Positions 57,329-64,000 of a DNA stretch of 64,000 nt are shown piece after piece. The DNA is from Acidobacteriota bacterium (GTDB lineage: Bacteria > Acidobacteriota > UBA6911 > RPQK01 > JAJDTT01), in assembly GCA_965263035.1 (NCBI GenBank), contig OZ253580.1, forward strand, positions 3,328,001-3,392,000, given 5' to 3'. A program made the position numbers and the translations under genes. The notes beneath the pieces were generated by a model. It saw nothing but the letters and a program-made list of their open reading frames with translations. It had not been told where the DNA came from and made no database searches. The first letter of the stretch is position 1. Every line of letters starts with the position of its first letter.

Positions 57329-57378
57329 TGACGATGTAAAATAAATTCTTGACGATGTTGGATCGTGCATGGTAAAAA
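57329..57378 (+). promoter_or_regulatory. Putative promoter with direct-repeat operator upstream of the TonB receptor
   Basis: TTGACG-N18-TAAAAA; TGACGATGT repeated at 57329 and 57350. Confidence 0.4.
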
Positions 57379-57585
57379 TATCAACAGCGTTGGGGGCCCA
57401 ATCCCAGGGGGCTTAATCTCTCGCGTTCTTGGCCGGGAAAACCGGGAACCAGTTTGGTAGCTTCTATCCCATCTAGACGATCCCCAGCCGATCCAGGCTG
57501 CAGACCGGGTTTCGATTCCGACTCCACCGAGTGCATTCCCAGGCGCTCCCTTCGTTCCACTCATCTCAGAGTTTAAGGAGACGTC

Positions 57586-60500
57586 ATGATCAACAAGCGA
57601 TTTTTGTGCGTTCTACTGGTTCCGGCAATGTGTGCGTTTCTGCTCACGCCGGTGCAGGCTCAGACCACCGCCGCTACCGTGCTGGGCACGGTCACCGACA
57701 TCGCCAGAGCGGTCGTCCCGGGTGTGACGGTGACGCTCACCAACCAGGACACCGGCTTCATTCGCGAGACCATCAGCGATGATCGAGGCGATTTCGAGTT
57801 TGCGGTGGTGCAGGCTCCGAACACCTACACCCTCAGCGCGGAGCTGCCCGGTTTCAAGAAGTACGTCAATGTTGACAACTATCTGGCCACCCGGGTCATC
57901 CAGCGGTTCGACGTCAAACTGGAAGTGGGTGAGGTGGCCGAGCAGGTGACGGTGCAGAGCGAGGTTCCGGTGATCAACACCGACACGCCCCAATGGAGCG
58001 AGACCCGGACCGACCGGCTCATCAACGCGGGACCGCGCGGGACCATGGTCATGGGTCGTTTCGGGCACGGCACCCGGCCCCTGAGCCTGGCCTTCGTCAA
58101 CGCCGACGTGGCCGACAGCTACAAGAGCAACGGCTCGCGAACCAGCATGACCCAGACTTCGGTGGACGGGACTCCCATGAACGGCGAGCAGGTGGGGCCT
58201 CCCTTCTCGGCCATCGCCGAGGAGAAGACGGTTGCCTTGAACGCCGCCGCCGAATTCCGGCACCCGCTGACCGTCGACGCCGTCACCAAGCGCGGTGAGA
58301 ACCGGCCCCACGGCATGTTCACGCTGAACATGCGCCACCCCCGGCTGGCTGCCCTCTGGCCCGGACCTCCCGGTGCGAGGCGGAATCCCGACGCGGTGTG
58401 GGCATTTCGATACAATTTCACCGGGGGCGGTCCCATCTACATTCCGAAAATCTACGACGGCCGCGACAAGAGTTGGCTCTTTATTTCATTCGAGCAGAAT
58501 CCGAACACCAACATCACCTTCGGGCAGGGAACCTGGCTCAACACCCCCACCCAGGCCATGCGCAGGGGCGACCTTTCCGCGTATCTGGCCAAGATCCGTC
58601 CCCAATTGGGGGAGTTGAAGGATCCCATCACCGGGGAGACCTTCGCCGGGAACATCATTCCCCGGTCCCGTTGGAACCCCGTCGCCATCAATATGATCGA
58701 CAAGTGGCTCCTGGAGCCCACCGGATCCAACATCGGCGACCCCGATATCCCGGAGCAGAATTTGCAGTATATCGGAAGCCAGCAGGGGGCCAACAAGCAG
58801 TGGATCTATCGCTTCGACCAGAGCATCCTCAACCGGAACACCTTCGGCATCATGCACACCCAGAGGGACGCTTGGGAGACTTGCCATTGCGGGGGTTCCA
58901 CCTTTTTCGGCCAGCGCCATCCCGCCACCGGACAGGACTGGACCGGCAGCCTGAATGACGTCATCAACGTCTTCGATACCCACATCTTCACTCCCGGCCT
59001 CATCAACGAGTTCCGTTTCGGCCTGTTCCGCCGGGACAACTACCGCCGGACCGAGCATCCCGCTTCCCTCTTCATCGACTCGCTGGGCATCGACCTGGGC
59101 GACGACGCCGCCACCCGCAAGTCGTTCAACACGCTCCCCCACATCCGTGTCGACAACCTCCACACCATCGGCACTCGGCTGGGCGCCAGCAACGAGACGG
59201 TGAGCAACTACTACAGCCTCCGCAACAACCTCAGCTATCGCACCGGAATCCACAGTTGGAAGCTGGGCTACGACCACGCCATCCGGCGCATCTCCGACCT
59301 CCGGGCCCTCAGGTCGGTGGCGGGCGACTGGAATCACACCGGTTTCTTTACCGGCGATCCCTTCGCCGACTTCCTGCTGGGACTTCCCACTCAGACCGGG
59401 CGCCACACCCCACGGCCGGCCGTGGAGGGGCGCTACAGCGAGTTCGGGATGTTCGTGCAGGACGACGTTCAGGTCAGTTCCAGGTTGAAGCTGAACATCG
59501 GGTTCCGCTACGACCGGATCTCCCCGCGCACGGACGCCAACGGCGCTTGGTACAACTTCAACATGGCCACCGGCGCCCTGGTGGTGCCGGAAGCCGGACG
59601 GGGTTTGATCGCCCCCGCCTTCCATCCCGCTATCCCCATCGAGACGGCGGACGAGGCCCGCTTTCCCAGCCATCTGATCAATTCGTTGACCAAGTGGTCA
59701 CCGCGTCTGGGCTTTGCCTACCGGCTCGACGACAAGACCGTCCTGCGGGCCGGTTACGGCATGTTCATGCACGACTCCGGGAGCACCAACAACTACTTCG
59801 CGACGCTGCTCACGGGCGGGCCTTTCGCTCTGGACGAGACCTTTCGGAATACCATCACCGACGGCGTCCCCCTGGTCACCACCGACCGGCCCTTTCCCCG
59901 GGCGACCGTCGGAGGCTCGGCTCCGGCCACCTTCAACATCCAGGGCGTGAACCCCGAGATCAAGGAGCCCTACCTGCAGCAGTGGAACCTGACCTTGGAG
60001 CGGCAGTTGGGACGCGAAACCTCCTTCCGCTTCGCCTACGTCGGCTCCTCGGCTACGAGCCTCTGGTACTCCAGGGACGTCAACATTCCTCCGGCGAGTC
60101 TGACTCCCTTTACCGAAGAGCGGCTCAACTACCCCCACAACCCGGGTTTTGACGACATCATCTACCTGGACAGCGGCGGCCACATGAGCCATCACCAGTT
60201 CCAGTGGCAGTTCACTCGGCGCATGTCCCGGACTCCTATCGGCGGGCTCATGTTCGACGGAATATTCCAGTGGCTCAAAGAGATCGAGGACGTGGACGAC
60301 ACTACGGCGTTCGCGTCCGCCTACGGGCGGGGCATAGCGCCGCGCCTCGGAGGCTATGCCGGGATCGAGGATCCCTACGACCGGAACCGGGATCGGGCCG
60401 ACGCCTATCTGAACCCGGCCTCAATCCGCATCAACTTCATCTGGGAGCTCCCGTGGGGTCCGGATCAGCCTTACCTGTCGCACCTGAGGAAAGGCTCGAT

Positions 60501-61005
60501 CCTGAGCGCCCTGGTGGGTGGCTGGGAATTCGCGGGCATCTTCGATGCCGGTACTGGACGTCCTTACCACCAGTACTACAGCGGTTTCGATCCCACCAAC
60601 ACCGGCCGCTTCAGCGGCCGGGCCAGCATGTCCAAGGCTGGCTGCAACCCGCAGATCCGCCCCCACAGCTATACGCGGCCGACGACCGTCGACATCAACT
60701 GCTTCAAGGTCCCGGATCCGGGCACCTACGGTACGACTCCGCGCGACGCCGTGAGCCGGCTGGCGGGCTGGGCCTTTGACGCGACGTTCTACAAATTCCT
60801 CCCCATCCGGATGCTCCATGAAGACATTAGAGCCCGGCTCTCCGTGACCTTCGTCAACCCATTCCACCACGTGGTGGCGTCGAGAGACCGCGGCCTCTAC
60901 GTCAACAGGCCGGCTCGCTTCGGAATCCCTTCACGGGGCGGAGGCCTGCTGCGGTTCGGGTCGGCTCCCCGTAGCGCCAACTTCCAGTTCCAGATCGTCT
61001 GGTAG
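57586..61005 (+). CDS. Oar-like TonB-dependent receptor with N-terminal carboxypeptidase-regulatory-like domain
   Basis: GTVTD..AVVPGVTVTL.N, GGPIYIPKIYDGRDK, FVQDD, WSPRLGFAY..VLRAGYG, QQWNL; terminal W. Confidence 0.9.
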   Translation: MINKRFLCVLLVPAMCAFLLTPVQAQTTAATVLGTVTDIARAVVPGVTVTLTNQDTGFIRETISDDRGDFEFAVVQAPNTYTLSAELPGFKKYVNVDNYLATRVIQRFDVKLEVGEVAEQVTVQSEVPVINTDTPQWSETRTDRLINAGPRGTMVMGRFGHGTRPLSLAFVNADVADSYKSNGSRTSMTQTSVDGTPMNGEQVGPPFSAIAEEKTVALNAAAEFRHPLTVDAVTKRGENRPHGMFTLNMRHPRLAALWPGPPGARRNPDAVWAFRYNFTGGGPIYIPKIYDGRDKSWLFISFEQNPNTNITFGQGTWLNTPTQAMRRGDLSAYLAKIRPQLGELKDPITGETFAGNIIPRSRWNPVAINMIDKWLLEPTGSNIGDPDIPEQNLQYIGSQQGANKQWIYRFDQSILNRNTFGIMHTQRDAWETCHCGGSTFFGQRHPATGQDWTGSLNDVINVFDTHIFTPGLINEFRFGLFRRDNYRRTEHPASLFIDSLGIDLGDDAATRKSFNTLPHIRVDNLHTIGTRLGASNETVSNYYSLRNNLSYRTGIHSWKLGYDHAIRRISDLRALRSVAGDWNHTGFFTGDPFADFLLGLPTQTGRHTPRPAVEGRYSEFGMFVQDDVQVSSRLKLNIGFRYDRISPRTDANGAWYNFNMATGALVVPEAGRGLIAPAFHPAIPIETADEARFPSHLINSLTKWSPRLGFAYRLDDKTVLRAGYGMFMHDSGSTNNYFATLLTGGPFALDETFRNTITDGVPLVTTDRPFPRATVGGSAPATFNIQGVNPEIKEPYLQQWNLTLERQLGRETSFRFAYVGSSATSLWYSRDVNIPPASLTPFTEERLNYPHNPGFDDIIYLDSGGHMSHHQFQWQFTRRMSRTPIGGLMFDGIFQWLKEIEDVDDTTAFASAYGRGIAPRLGGYAGIEDPYDRNRDRADAYLNPASIRINFIWELPWGPDQPYLSHLRKGSILSALVGGWEFAGIFDAGTGRPYHQYYSGFDPTNTGRFSGRASMSKAGCNPQIRPHSYTRPTTVDINCFKVPDPGTYGTTPRDAVSRLAGWAFDATFYKFLPIRMLHEDIRARLSVTFVNPFHHVVASRDRGLYVNRPARFGIPSRGGGLLRFGSAPRSANFQFQIVW

Positions 61006-61037
61006 GGGGTCCCAAGCCAAGAAAGGTTGATTTGACA

Positions 61038-61073
61038 GGGGGGAAGGGAAGCAGTTCCCTTCCCCCCATTTTG
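61038..61073 (+). terminator. Rho-independent terminator
   Basis: GGGGGGAAGGGAA-GCAG-TTCCCTTCCCCCC 13-bp stem followed by ATTTTG. Confidence 0.7.
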
Positions 61074-61088
61074 TTACGAGGTGCGGAT

Positions 61089-62120
61089 ATGAACAAAACG
61101 AGTCACCGCCTTTGGTTTGCATTGGTAGCCTTCTTCCTGCTGGCCCCGAGCCGGGCCGACGCCCAGGTCCACCGAGGTACACTCCAAGGTCAGGTCAAGG
61201 ACCAAGAGGGCAACCCCCTCAAAGACATCGTGGTCAGGATCGAGGGGCTCAACGGCAAGCAAACGTACGAGCTCAAGACCGACAAGAGAGGACGATACTT
61301 TCATATCGCCGTCGACCCCTACCTGGCGTATCGCATCGTTGTCATCAAGGAGGGCTACTGGACCGAGGAGTCGGTGGGAGTCCGGGCCTCTCGGAAACAG
61401 AGCGGCGGCATCAACAACTTCACCATGCGGCCCGGCCGTTCCACCGCCGCCGAAATGACGCAAGCGGCGAGAGACGCCCTGGTTCGAGAGCTGAAGCAGG
61501 CGGATGAGGTGAAGCGAAAAGTGAAAGCCATCGACGAGAGCCATAAGGTGGCGATGCGAATGATCGGTGAAGGTCGATACGCGGAAGCGGAAAAAGCCTT
61601 CCGCAGGGTGGTGGAACTGCAACCGACTCTGGCGCCGACGTGGGGCAACCTGGGGCACGTCTACACCAAGCTGAACAGGCCATCGGATGCAGTGGCCGCC
61701 TACCGGAAGGCCATCGAGCTCGATCCTGAGAACGCTACCTTCTACCAGGACCTGGGCCACGTCTACTCGGACATGGGGGAGGCCGGGAAGGCCAGGGAGC
61801 TGTACCGTAAGGGAGCCGAGTTGACCGGAAGCCAGGACCCCAAGGAAGCGGCCCAATCCCAGTACATTATCGCCGTGGACCACCTCAACTCGGGGAGGGA
61901 ATCGGAAGCCATGGAGGCTCTGCGGCAGACTCTCGCCGCCGACCCCGAACACGCCGACGCTCACTACTACGTGGGAGTTCTGCTGATCCGGGAGAACCGG
62001 ATGAAGGAAGCACTGGACCATTTGGGCAGACACCTGGAAATGTCGCCCGAGAGTCCCACCGCCGCCGATGCCCGGGCGCTCCTGGAGGCGCTGAGGCAAA
62101 CGCCGGAGGCTGCCGAATAG
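61089..62120 (+). CDS. Secreted carboxypeptidase-regulatory-like domain + TPR protein
   Basis: Signal peptide; G.VKDQEGNPL..KTDKRG; multiple TPR motifs. Confidence 0.85.
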   Translation: MNKTSHRLWFALVAFFLLAPSRADAQVHRGTLQGQVKDQEGNPLKDIVVRIEGLNGKQTYELKTDKRGRYFHIAVDPYLAYRIVVIKEGYWTEESVGVRASRKQSGGINNFTMRPGRSTAAEMTQAARDALVRELKQADEVKRKVKAIDESHKVAMRMIGEGRYAEAEKAFRRVVELQPTLAPTWGNLGHVYTKLNRPSDAVAAYRKAIELDPENATFYQDLGHVYSDMGEAGKARELYRKGAELTGSQDPKEAAQSQYIIAVDHLNSGRESEAMEALRQTLAADPEHADAHYYVGVLLIRENRMKEALDHLGRHLEMSPESPTAADARALLEALRQTPEAAE

Positions 62121-62174
62121 CAGTCGTCCGTGAGGGAATAGGGCCGGATCTCGGATCCGCTATCGAGTTTGGGA

Positions 62175-63839
62175 TCAGGGCCGGAAAACCTGGGCTTGGC
62201 TGGCATCTCCACCGGCCTTCACGATAGTGAACTCTTCGTTGCGGCTGGTGTTGTTTCCCCCGATCCGGTCCGCGATCTGAGCCCTGAGCGTATACTTCCC
62301 CGGCTTCAGTCGGGCCAGGGGAAACTGTTGCAGCAACATGGTGCGGCGATTGGAAGAGAAATAGACCGACTTGCCCAAAGAGTCATGGATCTCGAAGACG
62401 ATCTGACCGTCTTTCAGGATGAAGTAGTCCGCCTTGATGGACGGTTCACTGGATGCTGCATCCAGTTCCAATCCATAGATTTCCAGGTATGCCCATAGTG
62501 GGTATTCGCCGTCGAAGTTTCTTGAGACGCTGGGGCGGACCACCAGGTCGCCCATGACGAACATCTCGTATTGCTCAGGGACGTAACCCAACTGCCTCAC
62601 GTGATCCGACAGCAGCAGGGTGCTGGCGCCCAGACCTTCGTCCCGGGGTCGAAAGGGATTGATGGCCAGGGTCTTGCTGCCCACCTTTCCGCTCTCCATG
62701 TCCTGCAGAAACAGTTCCAGCTTGTAGCGCTGCCCTCGGCCCAGGGCAATGACCACCTGATGCAGGGAGACGTCGGTCAACCCTCGCGCCAGCTCGTTTG
62801 CGGGCACGTGGACGGCGATCTCCTGGTCGATCTCGGCCACATGCTGGTTGGTCATGTTGGTCACCAGCCCATACAGGTCCAGCGTGGCCGTAGCCACGGC
62901 CGCGCCGCCCGGTTTGAAGTTGAGCTCCTTCTTGGGCACTTCCAGCGTCAGCAGCACCAGAACTTCCTCGCCATTCAGCTCCAACTGGTCGTTCCTGAGC
63001 CGAAAGGGAAGCGGCTCATACGAGACACGGGTCCTCACGAACTTCTTCAGGTCGTCGTACTTGCCCTTGGTCTGGCCCATGGTGGCGGTAGTGACGCGGA
63101 GCCGGTCGAAATACTTCTGCACCTGGAGCCAGTCGCCGGCGCCGCTCATGTCCATCATGGGGCGTCCGTGCCTGAGCCAGCGGTCCGACCTGTCGGTGTA
63201 CCCTTGTATCTCGGCCCACTTCATGCCCCCGAATCCCTTGTCGTCCATCAGGTCCTTTTCGTCGGGGTGGTAGGCGAGCTTGAAATCTCCGGTGAAGGTC
63301 TGGTCGACGAACTCGATGATGATGTTCGATCCGATGCCCTCCAGGTTCCGGTAGCGCCAGCGCTCAAAGGGAAAGACGATGGTGGTGCCGAGTCCTTCAT
63401 CCAGGGTCCGGTCGTAGCGGCCGCCGGCAGGAAAGCTCTCGATGTCGGCGGGGGCCCCGTGCATGATGTAGATCCGGCCCCGATCCGTATTCCGGCCCGC
63501 GAGGCCACTGGAGAAGTGGTCGTCGGCATAGGCGATCCGGCGGTAGTGCTCCTCCTTGAACTCGTTGATCATGGTGCGCGGGTCGGAATCCCGGCGGCGC
63601 CAGAACTGCTCGATGAAGTTCTCCTTCTCTTCGGGACTGGTCAGCTTCTCGAAGACCGCCCGTTCATCATGGGCGATGATGTGAACGACCGTATCATTCA
63701 GCCATTTTTCGTAATAGTCGACGGCCTCTTCGCGAGAGGCGTCCTTTTTCTCGGGTCCGGCCCAGGTCATCGCGGGGGTCAGTGTCAGGACAAGGACCAG
63801 AGACGCTGCTGAACTCAATTTGGAATAGAAGGAGAACAT
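62175..63839 (-). CDS. GWxTD-domain protein
   Basis: FIEQFW.RRD..NEFKEEHYRRIAYA, G..TDRGRIYI.HG.P, PFERWRY. Confidence 0.85.
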   Translation of the reverse strand: MFSFYSKLSSAASLVLVLTLTPAMTWAGPEKKDASREEAVDYYEKWLNDTVVHIIAHDERAVFEKLTSPEEKENFIEQFWRRRDSDPRTMINEFKEEHYRRIAYADDHFSSGLAGRNTDRGRIYIMHGAPADIESFPAGGRYDRTLDEGLGTTIVFPFERWRYRNLEGIGSNIIIEFVDQTFTGDFKLAYHPDEKDLMDDKGFGGMKWAEIQGYTDRSDRWLRHGRPMMDMSGAGDWLQVQKYFDRLRVTTATMGQTKGKYDDLKKFVRTRVSYEPLPFRLRNDQLELNGEEVLVLLTLEVPKKELNFKPGGAAVATATLDLYGLVTNMTNQHVAEIDQEIAVHVPANELARGLTDVSLHQVVIALGRGQRYKLELFLQDMESGKVGSKTLAINPFRPRDEGLGASTLLLSDHVRQLGYVPEQYEMFVMGDLVVRPSVSRNFDGEYPLWAYLEIYGLELDAASSEPSIKADYFILKDGQIVFEIHDSLGKSVYFSSNRRTMLLQQFPLARLKPGKYTLRAQIADRIGGNNTSRNEEFTIVKAGGDASQAQVFRP

Positions 63840-63852
63840 TCCGATTCCAAGT

Positions 63853-63882
63853 AGTTTAGGTCCGAACCGGAGACGAGGTCAA
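63853..63882 (-). promoter_or_regulatory. sigma70-like promoter for the GWxTD gene
   Basis: TTGACC-N18-TAAACT on the minus strand. Confidence 0.45.
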
Positions 63883-64000
63883 GCCGGGAATGGGAGTAAC
63901 GGAGTCGTGGTCTTCACCCGACAGACTCGCGGTCAGGCCAAGCTCGCCACGTGCATGATCCGGTCCGACAGGTAGGGGTGTCCCCGCAAGACTGCCTGGC

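Noticed and set aside
63933-64000. Possible 3' end of a minus-strand gene (..AVLRGHPYLSDRIMHVASLA*)
   Set aside because: Too short at the window edge to support a call.

Overview
GC-rich bacterial window, probably Acidobacteriota (inferred from an Oar-like TonB receptor with a carboxypeptidase-regulatory domain, a GWxTD protein, a CRTAC1/ASPIC-UnbV protein, and many BNR/sialidase-like and FG-GAP secreted proteins). (1) About 1.3-13.4 kb is a lower-GC defence island. It holds an ABC-ATPase + DUF4276/TOPRIM-like pair and a type I RM locus arranged hsdM - HEPN toxin (RX4HXY) - [MNT nucleotidyltransferase fused in-frame to HsdS] - 36-aa duplicate of the HsdS tail - second HEPN-like ORF - hsdR, followed by a decaying AAA_14/DUF4143 gene. 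(2) 13.4-22 kb: TonB receptor, initiator tRNA-Met, FGE-fold lipoprotein, cca, thiI. (3) 22-64 kb: secreted beta-propeller/glycan-processing genes punctuated by small mobile DNA. This includes an ORF-less 643-nt group II intron inserted in a GGAG-type REP repeat, an IS110 element whose bridge-RNA guides can be matched by eye to its own donor junction and REP-like target, a ~160-bp MITE (one copy read through in-frame inside an ORF), and a dinJ/yafQ pair with an internally deleted toxin. All calls come from reading motifs by eye; no database searches were run.
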